The notes below the pieces were generated by a model. It made no database searches, was not told the origin of the DNA, and saw only the letters and a list, made by a program, of their open reading frames with translations. From Lama guanicoe (lineage: Eukaryota), in assembly GCA_013239625.1 (NCBI GenBank), contig MU053513.1, forward strand, positions 2,282,927 through 2,346,926: 64,000 nucleotides of DNA, read 5' to 3'. Position 1 is the first letter of the stretch; every line of letters begins with the position of its first letter. Made by a program: the position numbers and the translations under genes. This document shows, piece after piece, positions 1 to 13,470 of the stretch.

Positions 1-197
1 GGCTCTCTGTTACTATGCCTCTGTTTCTGTTTTGTTATGTTTATTCATTTGTTTTGTTTTTTAGATTCCATGTGTAAGTGACATCATCCAGTATTTATCT
101 TTGTCTGTCTTATTTTCTTGCCGTAATACCCTCCAGGTTAATTTATGTTGTGGCAAATGGCAAGGTTTCATTCTTTTTTATGGCTGTGTAATAGTCC

Positions 198-199
<2 letters not shown>

Positions 200-280
<81 letters not shown>
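200..280. repeat. Compound microsatellite (TG)23(AG)17
   Basis: Directly visible; lies inside the L1 3' UTR. Confidence 0.97.
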
Positions 281-282
<2 letters not shown>

Positions 283-336
283 GATCTTCTTTGTCCATTC
301 ATCTGTTGATGGAGACTTAGGTTGTTTTCATATCTT

Positions 337-410
337 TTTTTATTTAACTTTTTTTTATTGAGTTATAGTCATTTTACAATGTTGTGCGAAGTTCCAGTGT
401 AGAGCACGAC
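337..410 (-). mobile_element. Very short young L1 3' end nested in an older L1
   Basis: T-rich tail plus ttattgagttatagtcattttacaatgttgtg...ccagtgtagagcac, the reverse complement of the end of the element at 45835-46102. Flanked by TTTTCATATCTT at 325-336 and 411-422. Confidence 0.88.
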
Positions 411-2074
411 TTTTCATATCTTGGCTATGTGAATGATCATGCTGCAATGAACATAGAGTGTAAATATCTTTCTAAATTAGTGTTTTGTTTTCTTCCAATA
501 AATACCCAAAAGTGGAATTGCTGAATTGTGTGGTAATTCTATTTTCAATCTTTTGAGAAATCTCCACACTGTTTAGTGGCTGTACCAATTTACATTCCCA
601 GCAACAGTATATGAGAGTTTCCTTTTCTCCACGTTCTCACCAACACTGTTACTTGTTCTCTTTTTGATAATAGCCATTCTGATAGGTATGGGGTGGTATC
701 TCATCGTGGTTTTGATTTGCATTTACCTGATGGTTAGTGATGTTGAGCATCTTTTCATGTGTCTGTTGGCTTTCTGTATGTCTTCTTTGAAATGTCTATT
801 CAGATTCTCTGCCCATTTTTTAATCAGGTTGTTTTTGGATGTTGAGTTGTATGAGTTCTTGTCTATTTTGTATATATTTATGTATTTTCTTTGTATATGC
901 TTATATATAGAATGTAATTTATTAATGAAACAATATTCTGCATATTTATCATTTATACATAGATATATATGTATGCAAAATAAAAAGACTAGAACAACAT
1001 GCATATATAACTTCACTTATATGTACTTACTGGAGTGCCTAACACAGGATAAATGCTCGATAATTTTGACCGGTTTTCCTCTGACTACCCACTGCCACCA
1101 CTATTTTAGAATTGCCTTTGACTCTACAAAGATAATTCCTTTTACATACACGGTTTCCGATTTTGGAAACTTTTGGAAAGCCTGCCTACAACTTCTACGA
1201 GATTAAGAGGTCCTTCAGTGAGAACTAAAACTTGGTTTTCTGGGATTTTGTTATAATCACTTTACTGAGTTGCTTGCGAGATATTCTTTTTTAACTGGTA
1301 TGTGTACCCTTATACCTCACTGCAAGCTGATGATAAATAAGATGGCATTTTAATAGTTGGGCCATAAAGTAATGTAACCTGAATTCTCTTGGGAGTTAAC
1401 TTTCTGTTCTCTACCTCAGATTATGTCTCTTTCCCCTGACTCATCGTCCTCCTTGTGCTTCTTCAGAGTAGGTAACAGGCAAGGTTATGTTACAATATCT
1501 CTGCTTGCAAAGTTTTAGTTTGACAATTAGAAGAATGGTGATGTTGTGAGTTTGGGAGGGGGATCTCATTTCAAAGATGATGCATTCAGTTGTTCCTCAT
1601 TTCTATAGAACCTATCTTCACAAAAATAACCTTCAGTGACTCTTGGGACGTTTCTGGAGTTGTAATAACATTTTGTGTTTGTCTCTATTGACCAATAAAT
1701 TTGAGTTCTTTTCTCCCTTAGAGTATCTTTAAACTTTCAGGATGTCATAGGGCTCCAAGTTTGTCAAGTATGTCTTGCACAACAATACGTGTTGTCAATT
1801 ATATGAATGCTTCGGCATTTTTAAAGTGCAGTTTAGCAGTGGAAGATTTCTACCCTTTATTCCCTAACAAGATTGAAGTAAGGAAGTAATTGGTTTCTTT
1901 ATATACTTTTAGTTTCAAGGAATTCTTTTAAACTGTCACATTTAAGAAATTACACTAACTTTGGCTAGCTTCTTGTTTTTCATATGTTTAGAGAATTTCT
2001 TCTTAATGGTTTTGGGTTACCCTACATCATCTGTCTGTCTGTCTGTCTGTCTTTCTTTCTTTATAAATTAAAAA

Positions 2075-2360
2075 AAATTTTAATTGAAGTATAGTCAGTT
2101 TACAATATTGAGTCAATTTCTGGTGTACAGCATAATGTTTCAGTTATACACGTACATGCATATGTTCCTTTTCATATTCTTTTTCATTATAGGTTACTGT
2201 AAGATATTGAATATAGTTCCCTGTGCGATACACTAGGAACTTGTTGTTTACCTATTTTATATCTAGTAGATAGTATCTGCAAGTATTGAACTCCCAATTT
2301 ATCCCTTCCCACCCCTCTGCCCTGGTAACTATAAGTTTGTTTTCCATGTCTGTGAGTCGA
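2075..2360 (-). mobile_element. 5'-truncated L1 3' UTR
   Basis: ttttaattgaagtatagtcagtttacaat...gttccctgtgcgatac; homologous to copies at 14775, 17870 and 41960. Confidence 0.85.
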
Positions 2361-3439
2361 ATTATTTATTGATCTTCTTAATTTTTAGTTTGTATTTGGC
2401 ATAGCACAGTGTCTCTGTTTTCCTGTTTTTATTTGTTTTGTTTTTTTTTTTAATTGGGTGTATTTCTAGTGTTTGAAAAGATGCTTTGGCCTTCTGCCCA
2501 CAGTAAGCTAGATCATTTTATATATGAATAATCTAACCTCAATATGGCAATACAGAGTAAAAACTTCACCTGTTTCTGAATCAGAGATGACTTTATATAT
2601 GGGCACAAAAAATAATTTTGCCATGTTTTTAGGAGTGCTTAGATAGCACAGAGGAGGAAGATTTTTGAGGACACTGAGCATCTATGAAAAAGAACAGAAA
2701 AGAAATGAGAGTTTGTAAAGACCAACTTCACAGGTTTCAGAATTGTGCCAGCAGTATTTTACCTACTTATGTAGAGGATTTGGACAATATTTTAAGTGCA
2801 TTTTGATTTAAGATGGTAGCATCACTGTATTGGATCCAAAATCTTTCAACAGTATAAGCAAATTCTATTCCGTTTATTGTTTTCTTCAAAAACACAGTTT
2901 AAAAAAAAAAGTAAAGTAAAAAAAGGAATATACAGCTTTTTACATGGAGAAACTATCTCTTGTTAAATTACTTAAGTAGAACTTCTTAGTGAAGAATATT
3001 GAAAAGAGATAATAGAAAAAGTATATCCTTTTAGGAGGAACTCAAAACGTTAAATAAAAGGAACAATATATGGCTTTTAGAAAGAGAACATTACCATTTT
3101 GCAAGAAAATATTCCAGGTTCCCTTAGGACGGTGGCCATCTATAAGTTGGAATTAACACAGATAGTTTTCTCAATTTCTGAATTATGCTGTATGCATGGA
3201 CTTCTTGATCAGAGCACTGGCTACTGAAGATAGAAAAGATGGGACTTAGAAAGTGTGAGTGACCTTAGGTGACAGTCTTGGGAAAGCATTAATTCTGAGG
3301 AAATGGAACATACCTTGCAAGGAGGGAGGGAGTGTCCCTTGGAGGCTTGGTAGTGAAGGGAAAGAAAGAAGCAGATAAAGATAAGGGTTTAAGGGAAATA
3401 AGATACATGAAAAAAAAAAAAGACAAATTCTATTCCCAC

Positions 3440-4720
3440 CCCCCCACCACAACAAAGTACTATTTATTAAAGAATCTACACTTCAGTGCCAGACACAGAG
3501 GAGAGTGATGTTGAACTGAGAGAAATCTAATAAGCCAGCTTATCTCCTTTCTTCCCTCCATCACGAGATAGCTAACTATTACTGATCCTGAAAAAAACCA
3601 GTATGAACAATCTTCAAAAGAAAAAGAGGCCAGTAGCTGTACAAAGTAAGAAAACAGAAAATTAAAGCCAAATCTCAACACACATAAACACACACACACA
3701 TGCATAATGAAAGGAAAAATAAAAAGAAAGAAAAGAAAAGCCATAAAACAGGAAAACTAAGACACAATACTCGAACGTAAATAACCTATATAACAAGCAA
3801 TTGCATTATGAAAGGACACCATACATCAAACACTCCAAACTCGCAATTGAAATGGACAGTCAACAGAAAGATGTATGAAATAGGAGCTGACTGAAGTCAG
3901 GAAAGGAAATCAACAAAAAAAGACAAAAATCACTTCAGAAATGAAAACTAAATTACGAGGTACCCAAGGGAAAATAGATATTACCAAAAGTTCAGTAAGA
4001 GACATAAAGAATAGAAATGAAAAAGTCAAGAAAATGAAACTGAAATAAGGTAGATAAAAGGATCAGTGAAAAAGTGATAGAGAAAATCCAGTTTGCTTAG
4101 TTCAAGAGTTTGAACTAGAAAAACAAAGGAAAATGAACAGAAATGATACTTAAAATTAGGATAAAACAAACTTTTCTGAAATAAAAGATCTGAATTTCCA
4201 TATTGAAAGGACTCCTTTGTACCTTAAAGAACTGATCTAGAACAACTAATTCTTAGCTATATCTTATATCCTAGTATTAAAACATAAAAAAAAAAAAAAG
4301 ACCAGCTGGGCCTCCAAGCCAAAAAATAATAATTTAAAATTTTAAAATAAATTTAAAACGAAAAAATTAAAATAGAAAATTAGTTTGACCTCACCCTTTT
4401 AGCAACATACAAAGCGAGAAAATGATGGACATTTTCAAGAAATTCAAATGAGTTATTTGATTTATTGTGAAACGTTGAATAAGTAAAAAAGTCCTAAGTC
4501 CATAGTGATCCCCAAGATTACTTGTGATCTGCACCTTGAGGGACTTTTTAAAAAAAAGTCCTGCAGTTCTGCAGTTATTAAGAAAATTTTTAAACCCATC
4601 CTTGATTGACACATGCCAAGTGTTTAGATGTGAAGTGTTATGATATCTGCAACTTACTTTCAAATGGTTCAGAAAAAATGAAACAAAAGAAAATAAGGAA
4701 AATAAACATGTTTGGAATTT
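3440..4720 (+). mobile_element. Ancient degraded L1 (ORF1 region)
   Basis: Strongly A-rich strand with L1M ORF1-like remnants (aacttttctgaaataaaagatctgaatttccatattgaaagg). Confidence 0.6.
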
Positions 4721-5454
4721 TCCATAACATCTACGTGGCATTTTTAAAAAGTCATTCAAAACAAATTGCTAGATTTCTAATGTTTCTATCTTTTTTTATT
4801 GACTGAGATTTTGTGAGTAAACTGAATTCCACTTCATACACCACTACTTTGTATTTTTGGAGTAAACAGTGGAGATCTTTACATATTTCTATTTACTCTT
4901 AGAATTAATTAGTTAAATTAATTAAAATAATCTAATTAATTAATTAATTAGAAATGATTCAATCTGCATTCATTTTTTTCAATAGATAGTTATTGAAATT
5001 TCTGGTGCCTTAACAGGCAGTGGCACAAAACTGTACTGAGTAGTCGCTGTATTCTTCCCACCACAGACATACAGTAAAAAATAAACACAAATATGTCAGT
5101 TTTACTTAAAAATATTCTTGATGAGGAAGGAAAAATTTTAATTGAATTATTTATCTTTTTCTAATTGAGTTGTAATATATTTTTGATACAAATCTTTTTT
5201 TCAGGTAAATGATTTGCAAATATGTTCTTCCTTATTTCGGTTTCTTTTCCTAACTTTCTTGATAGTGTCCTTGGAAGCACGGAAGTTTTAAATTTTGATA
5301 ACATTCGATATATCTGTTTTTCTTTTGTTGCTTTGTGTATGTTTTATATACCTAAAAATGTAGATAGACTTTTTAAAAGTATGTTGTGAAATGTTTAAAA
5401 ATAATGTGGGTTTTTTTTGGTCAATGAATATTTATTTTTAGTGTTAAAATATAC

Positions 5455-5800
5455 TGTATTAGTCTGCGAGGGCTGCCGTGACAAAGTACCACAGACTGAG
5501 TGGCTTAAGCAACAGAAATTTATTTCCTCACAGTTCTGGAGGCTTCAAGTCCAAGAACAGGGTGTTGGCAAGGCCTCTCTCTTCCCTCGGTGTCTTCACA
5601 TGGTCTTTCCTTTGTCTCTCTCTGTGTCCTAGTCTCTTCTTATAAGAACACTAATATATTGGATTAGGACCTAACCTCATGACCTCATTTAATATTAATT
5701 ACCATTTTAAAGACCCTATCTCCAAATACAGTCACATTCTGAGCTACTCAAGTTTAGGGCTTCAACATGAATTTTGAGGGGACACAATTCATCCCACAGC
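5455..5800. mobile_element. MLT1 (ERVL-MaLR) solo LTR, MLT1A-like
   Basis: tgtattagtctg...acaaagtaccacagactgagtggcttaagcaacagaaatttatttcctcacagttctggaggc...gggacacaattca. Flanked by minus-strand L1 pieces (5160-5345, 5805-6000). Confidence 0.85.
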
Positions 5801-6627
5801 ATATATATAACATAAAGTTGACCGTTCTCACCATTTTCAAGTATACAGTTCAGTGGCATTAAGCATGTTAACATTATCATATGACCATAACCACCTTCAG
5901 AACCTTTTTTATCTTCCAACACCAAAATTCTACCCATTGAATAGTAACTTCCCATTCTCCCCTTTTGCCCTTGACAGCCACTGTTCTACTTCCTGTCTCT
6001 TTAAAACAGTGTATTAAGACAGTTTTTTTCATCATTGGTGAGAGACGTCAGAGTTCCCCCAAATTAATTATTTTCACACTAATCTGCAAAGTATATACAA
6101 ACTTTTACCTAGCTAAGAGGTTTTTTCAAGCTGTTAAATCATATGCAGAAGGGAAGTGTACACATTTTGTCCATATCTGTATGTCTGCCTTTTCATTGAG
6201 ACTCCAGATTTCTCACCATCAGATTTTTTAACTGTAGCCCTAGAGATTAGACTATTCTTGTTTGATTGTTTTTCAAGATAATTCAAGGTTTCGATTTTTA
6301 AAATTTAATTATAAGTTGATAAGTTGATGCATAGTTTATAGGAAAAAAATGGTAAATGAAAGTTTAAGTGTGTTTAGGTCTTACTGTTTTGAAGTCTAAT
6401 GTTTATTTGCTGTTTCAAAAAGGGTAAATAATTTTTTAAAAACATTTTTTCTAATTCTCCTTGTTTGAGGAGATATTTTTTACCCCTACTCTGCACTTTA
6501 CTGTTTTATGCTGTGTTAGGTATGTGTTATGTCAACTCTGCATCTCATTGTAAATACAGGTATTAAAGAAAATATTTTTCATATAAAATAATCTCTCAGA
6601 GTTACTGTTGTCTTCATTTTATTCATA

Positions 6628-7030
6628 TATTCATTCAGCAAACATTTATTGAGCCTTTATTATATAGTAAACATTGGATGTACGAAGAGGAATGAGACAT
6701 GGTTTCTGTCTTCAAGGAGGTAAAAAATACCTAGATGGGGCTAAATAAATTATTATATTTGAAAGAAGAGTAAGCAAAGAAGTTGTGGCTGGTCCAACAG
6801 GAAACACAGTGGAGAAAATCAGAGTGTCATGGAGCTGCAGGGCCCACTGGCAGGTGACCAGTAGTTGGATATGCCTGAAACAGTAGACTCGGGCATAGTG
6901 GAGTTGCTGGAGATGAGGCTTGAATGGTTGGAGCCAGGATTTGAAGACCTTTAAATGCTATAATAAAAAGGATACCCAGTGAACAGGGAGTTCTTAAACA
7001 CTTTTAAGTCTCAGAATGAAAGACAAGATC
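6628..7030 (-). mobile_element. L2 3' fragment
   Basis: Begins attcattcagcaaacatttattgagc, the reverse complement of the L2 3' terminus. Confidence 0.75.
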
Positions 7031-7283
7031 TGAGAATATTAAATGATGTTAGGCAGTCTTATTACCTCGTAATTAAATGTAATCTGAATGCATCTATAGT
7101 TATGTCATTTAAAAATTATCATTAGGTAGTTTTTCATAGATTATTGACAAATACTGATTATTTCAAAATCTTGGATATATATTTTTAATATATTTCTTAC
7201 TTGGCACAGTATGAAATATTTACCTTATTTAAGAATAGTATTTACCTTAGCTTTGGTTTTAAAATTTTTTTTTTCTTTTCCAG

Positions 7284-7368
7284 CTATAAGGAAGACCAGA
7301 TGGATGAGGAACTCATGGAACCTCTGAAATATGCTGAACAACTTCCTGTGGCCCAGATAATACACCAG
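7284..7368 (+). CDS. PIGK: PIGK (GPI8) penultimate coding exon
   Basis: Polypyrimidine tract plus CAG acceptor ending at 7283 and a GT donor at 7369. The 85 nt comprise 1 nt completing the previous codon plus 28 codons, YKEDQMDEELMEPLKYAEQLPVAQIIHQ. This matches the mammalian PIGK C-terminal region as I recall it and splices in frame to the exon at 31531. Confidence 0.96.
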
Positions 7369-9739
7369 GTTTGCTTTCCATTTCATTCTTTTGGAAGAAA
7401 CAAGATTTTTAATCTCTGGAAAGTAATTGCTTTTATTAGGTTGTTCAGAATCAATGGCCATAGCTGAAAGGCATCCCAGGCCGTCTGTCCCTATTTAGAC
7501 TCCACCTACTACAGCTGGAAGTCTCATTCAAAGCACAATATTAAAAGGCTGCTTGCTGTGTAGCAGTAGAATTCTTGCTTGTATAAAATACAGGGTAGAG
7601 TCAGAATTATCTTTTGTGCATTACTTAACAACAAGACTTAATTTTAGAGAACTTTGATTTGAACTATTGTGTATGGTACTTGTTCGTGACAAAGAAAAAG
7701 AGCTGAAAAAATATCATTTGGTATAATTTTTTTGAGTAGCTAAAATGAGAAAGCAGTCTCTCTGTACTTCCTCCGCCCCACCCCATTATCAGCTCTTGTA
7801 AAGTGGAATTCTAAATGTCATGTGGGTAATTTTTTCATTTCCAATTATAATGACTCTATCATTCCTTCTACATAACTATAATCTTAAAGAAGGCAATGTG
7901 GTAAGTTTTTAAACTTAGACTTTGTACTATAATTTTGACAGCATATGAAGTCTGCCCTGCTGAGCCAGAATCAAAGAATTTTAAAAATAGTCTGTTGGTG
8001 AGAGTTCTGGCCTTTAGATCGCTCAGATTTTTTAGGAGGTATAGATTGTAGGAGATATTAAAAGCCCTTAAATGTCAGAATTTCTCAGAATTTTAATGAA
8101 TGCTGATTATTATTATGAGTCTTTCCATATATCTTTGCCAGTCAAAAGAATTTTTTATTTAGCAGATATGGATTGATTAGAAGAGGTACTGGGTTGAGCT
8201 TATTAAAAGAAACAGGCTTTTGCTTTAAAATGTTGGCTATATAGATCTTTCATTGACAGTAAAATTGAATGTTAAAATTCTGTGAGAAATTACAAAAAAT
8301 GATCAGAAATTTTCCCCTTTGGGTAGCCTATCTGTGGTAGATAATCAGGTCCAGTTTATATGTCAGGAATTCCCTAGTGTTGTCAGAGCTTAAATGACCT
8401 AACAGCCTGCAAATGTCACATTTAAAATTCTGTCTTCGTGCCTGACTCTCAGCATAAATGAATTAAACAGCAGAGCAGGCAGCAAGTCAATATGTTCTTA
8501 ACAGTAAGAGTGAGCAATGAAACAGTTTGTGGTTTGTTCAGAATAGGTAAATAGAATCTGCCCAGAACAGTTCACCTAGAATAAAATCAGAAACAGGAAA
8601 CAAGAATTAACCTTTAAGATGGTCGACCAGATGAAATGTCAATCTTAGTTTTTATAGAGTGAATGAATCAAGAAACTATGGTTTATGTAGCAGCTGCAGT
8701 TTGCTTCTATATACTGTATGAATTCACAATTTTCTTGGTATTATAAGAAGCTGTATTAATTTTAACACAAAATTCTAAACATTATAATGAAATTTCTATA
8801 GTACCTGAATTTATAAAATTTCGATTTTTAAGACACTTGCATAATAGGGATTTAATTTCTTTTTCTTTTTATTGAATAAAATTAATTCTGTTCTCAAAGG
8901 GTAATCAGAAAAGGTCATTGTTAAAGCAGACTCTTATTTATCCTCTAGTTACTTCCCTTTCCTGGCAGTTACAATTTTGGAACTGTTACCATTGTCTATC
9001 CAAGTGGTCTTTAAGAAACGTGTGAGCTATGTTGCTAGCAGTTCACTTATAAGTGGATTATTTGAAAGCAGTTTTTTACCCTAAGAGAATAGTAGTATGC
9101 GTAATAATTAGGCCAATCCCACAAGACTTTTAAATCTGTAATATATCTAAATTATAGCATTACTCTAATATTTATCTAACCTCCACCTATAATAGTATGT
9201 TTTTATGTTTTTATACTGTAAGTAGCTGTTTTTCTTTTAATCCTGAATCATGCTTTACTTATACCTAGCTTGGGGCATGTATCATTTTTATTTAAAATAA
9301 TGTTATTTATTCACCTGTCTTGTGCATACATACATATGTATCTTCTATTTGATTGTCTTTCTGGATATCCTTGATTTCTTGATATTCTTTTCAGCGTCTT
9401 GCCTTGTGCCATGTATGCAGATATCCAAATGGATGGAGATATATATATATTATTAAGGGTACAGTGAGAGCTAGAGCACCTCTTTTCCCTACTACCCAGG
9501 CATCAGAAGCCAGGGCCTCTCAGTGGCAGCACACTTTAGAAGATGATGGAGAGGAGGAGCTAGGGACAGGGGCTGTAACATGAGGAGCAACTTCAGAAAT
9601 AGGAGAGGAATGTGTCTCAGTCATTTCAGTAATTGATTTCTTGTGTATGTTACTTAAACTGCATTTTACAATGAGGAGCTAAGCAAAATTTCAGTGTTGC
9701 CATTTTATACTGCCAAATTATTTATCTTTTTTAGGGGTC

Positions 9740-11990
9740 CTAGCAAATATGATTGCACATCTAGGAAATCCAAGAGACTCAAGTTATAAGCAATAGAATT
9801 AATAGAAGAATCTGGTGAGATGGACAGTTATAAGATAAATAAACTGATAGCTTCTCCATATTTGCAGTAAGCACACAAAATGGAAATGGGAAAATTTTTC
9901 TTTTGCAATGAAAGGAACTATAAGATAACTTAGGAGAAAATTTAACAAGTAAACCATAGGACCTATATCATAAGAATCATGGAAACACACCATGTTTCAT
10001 AAGCAGAAAGTTATTCCAAATATACTTGACAGGTCAAGGAACTTAATATCATAAAAATATAATTTCTCCCAAATTAGCAATTCTAATTAGAATGGAAGCA
10101 AGTTTTTTAATGTTAGAAAAAATGCCCACATAGTTCATGTGGAAGAATATCCAATAATAGCCAGAGAAGGTGCATAAAAGAGAAATACACCTGCCTTACC
10201 GTATATCAGAACACAGCCACTAGAATTATATAAATGTATGTGGATAAAGGAATTGGTAAGTGGGTTAATAAACACAATGAAAGAGTGGATTTTGAGTTTA
10301 ATTTATTATAATTCACAATAGGAAGTACATTTTACATATATAATGACCATTGATGTACATGTTTGTGTGTGTGTGTTAAAAATTGGAAATAAAATTTTTA
10401 TGAAACATTACACTACATATAATGCACACTGTTTTCTTTTTCTATTTTTTTTAAATGGCAAATAAAACCTACTAAATTGATTTCAAAAGCAACAAATAGT
10501 ACTGACGTGTGACTTGAAAGATACTTGAATAGAGAATCCAGAGGAAAAAATTTATTATGTATGATCATTAAATATATGATTAAGATGGTACTCCATTTCA
10601 GTAGGAAAATGGTTAACCTTCTATTTCATACTATATAATATGAGATAAATTTTGTGTAAAGACTTAAAGTAAGGTAAATAAATAAACATTTTAGAAGAAA
10701 GTTTCGGCAACTGCATTTTGAATCTGGACGTAGGGACGGGCTTCCTAGTGAACACATAAACCAAGAAGACATGTTCACCTCTGTAAAAGTGGGGTATTTC
10801 ACGTAACACAAGATACCAGAGTGTTAAAAGCCTAGTGTTAGAATCAAGACAAAATGTTTACAAAGAAGACAGTTAAATTGGTTAATACCTAAAATATACA
10901 CGGGACTCTTGGAAGTTTATAGAAGGCAAACAAAACAGCTCAATATAAAAAAAAGAAAAAAGAGATGAAAAGCAGTTCAGAAGAAAGCAAACTTAACTAG
11001 CCAATGAATGAAAGAAACTCTAAAACTCAGGAAGTGTACATTGCAAATTAAGTGAAATTATTTTATGCTCATCAAATTGGCAAAAATTAAAATGACACTT
11101 TGGAAAACAGTTTGGCAGTTCCTCAAAAGGTTAAACATAGATTTATCGTATGTCCCAATGATTCCAACGTAAGTATATAAAAACACAGAAAATGCATCCA
11201 CACAGAAACTCATACACGAATGAGCATAGCAACATTATTCATAATAGACAATAATTGGAAAAAACACTAATGTTCATCAACTAATGGAGAAACAAAATAC
11301 AGTGTATCCATACAGTGGACTGTTATTAGTGCTAAAAGGGGAAGAAGTACTGACTCATGCTACAACATGGGTGAACCTTGAAAACAAACAGTGTGTTAAG
11401 TAAAAGAAGTCAGTCCCAAACGACCACACAGTGGCCTTCCATTCATATGAAATGTCCAGAATAGGCAAATCTACAGAGATAGAAAATCGATTCGTGGTTG
11501 TCTAAGAGTGGGATGAGGTGGAGGAATGGGGAATGGCTTCTAAGTGGGTGTAGGGTTTCTTTTTTTGGAGTGATAAAAATGTTCTAACCTTAGTGGTGAT
11601 CATTGCATGACTCTGTAAATATACTAAAACCATTGAATTGTACACTTTGAAAGGGTGAATTTTATAGTGTATGAATTATGTCTCAATAAAGATATTTTAA
11701 AAATTAAAATCACCCATTTCTGGTATGGATGCTAAGATAAAGGTACTTGTTTACCTTGTTGGTAGGTATCGAAATTATTCCTACCTTTTTTAGAAGGCCA
11801 TCTTGCAGCATCTCTTCACATTTAACATATAAACCCTCAACCCAATAGTTCCACTCATGAGAATATAGCTCATACTACTAATATATAAATAAAAGTACCT
11901 ACATATAAGGACCTCAGTGCATTGATATTTGTAGTAGCATTACTTGTGGCCACAACAAATTGGAAATGATGTGAATACCCCTCAGTATGG
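9740..11990 (+). mobile_element. Ancient L1M fragments with a nested L1MB-like 3' end (about 11095-11705)
   Basis: cactttggaaaacagtttggcagttcctcaaaaggttaaacataga...tgtacactttgaaagggtgaattttatagtgtatgaattatgtctcaataaa; degraded ORF2-like A-rich flanks. Confidence 0.8.
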
Positions 11991-13170
11991 CTCCCTGGTA
12001 CTGAAAGATTCAACGTGTTCCTCCAAATGAGATATACTGTTACAGTGTGTGGTTCTGGATTGGCATCTGTCTCTTCTGATAATTGCTGTGATGGCTGGTG
12101 TGCACAGCACATCTGTTAGTATTTAACACACTGTGTCTCCACGTGGTTGCGTAGCTCTAGCAATGTTACAGGAAGAGAACAGAGTAGGTAATGAGAAAGA
12201 CTGGCTTCTTGTTTGTTGTCATTCCTTCTCTATCCTTTCCCCTCTCTTTGGTCTTCTAACTTTCTCACTATTCTTTCTTGCCCCTTTCCCCCATTTTTCC
12301 CTATTTCATTCTTATAACCTAAAAGTTACATGAATTCTTCCCAAATGTTGGTGAGTGTTGTTACTATTTTTGTTGGAAAGTGAATTAAATGCCGTGTCTG
12401 ATACATTGTAGATACTGGATACATAAGGTGACCTTTGTTGAATTTAGTGGTCTTTGACATGATGACTAAGAAGCAAAGAGGGTTAAGAGATCACTAAAGG
12501 TCCCAAAGTGCTTGTTGATAGACCTGTATGATTCTCAGGTTCCTTTCATAGCCAACAGAGGTAGTATTTATTAAACATTTCTGAGTAGGTATGCAAATTG
12601 TAGAATTCATTATACTTACAATTTTAGCAATCTAGTGGTCTTGCAACAAAATGAAAAAAGCCTAAATTGCATGGGAAAGTGTAAATTGCAATTACTGGTG
12701 GAAAGAGCATTACTATATATGAAAGCACAACTAATCCTTTTAAGGATTTATGAAGTTAGGACATAGAATATTATGAAGACAGAAAAATACATACAGAAGA
12801 CAGTGATTTAGTTACCTTGCATGCTTATGTTGATAATTTTTCTTTAAAGGTGATTATTTTTTCCTCTTCATCTGTTTACTAGGAAGGCAGGTACAGAACT
12901 AACATCCTGAGACAGGTTTGGAGAGAAGAGGATTATTTTTCTATATGCATAATTTTACATTTACTTCAGAGATGTTGATTTTAAAATTAAACCGTTTTTA
13001 AAAAATACCTGAAATGTACTATTAAGATTTGACATATGTGACTATACTATGGTACTTCTGTGGAAAGTTGGTATTATTTTCTTTGTAAAAAGAATTACAT
13101 GCAAATGAGTCAGAAAACTTTTTTCTTTCTTTCTTTTTTTTTTTTAAAAGAATAGATTCATTTCATTTTA

Positions 13171-13470
13171 TTTAAAGTCTATTTTGTCTGAAATCAGTAC
13201 TGCAACACCTACTTTTTTGGCTTTTCCATCCTTTCACTCTCAATCTATATGTGTCCTTTTCCCTAAAGTGGGTCTCTTGTATGCAACATATTGAAGGTTC
13301 TTGCTTTATTATCCAGTCTGCCACTCAGTGTCTTTTGACTGGAGCATTTAGTCCATTAACATTTACAGTAATTAATGATAGATGTGTGTTTATTGCCATT
13401 TTGAACTTATCTTTGCAGTTGATTTGGTATTTCCTCTTTGTTCCTTCTTCCTTTTGTGGTTTGGTAAAGG
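13171..13470 (-). mobile_element. Internal L1 fragment (inter-ORF region and ORF2 endonuclease N-terminus)
   Basis: From the ATG at 13399: MAINTHLSLITVNVNGLNAPVKRH*VADWIIKQEPSICCIQETHFREKDTYRLRVKGWK. Flanked by TTCATTTCATTTTA at 13157-13170 and 13471-13484. Confidence 0.92.

Larger units (their letters stand above)
1..880 (-). mobile_element. L1 fragment (ORF2 C-terminus and 3' UTR)
   Basis: Minus-strand translation [36 protein letters not shown] is the L1 ORF2 C-terminal motif. Typical antisense L1 3' UTR at 1-660. Confidence 0.92.

Noticed and set aside
664..1206. 180-aa ORF, the longest in the track
   Set aside because: Antisense reading of an L1 ORF2 end running into AT-rich low-complexity sequence; not a gene.
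7201..7467. 88-aa ORF as a stand-alone gene
   Set aside because: Only 7284-7368 is the PIGK exon; the rest is intron, including the polypyrimidine tract.
5800..11705. Oppositely oriented L1M fragments flanking the PIGK exon as circRNA-promoting repeats
   Set aside because: The overlap is short and the copies look too diverged to support stable pairing.
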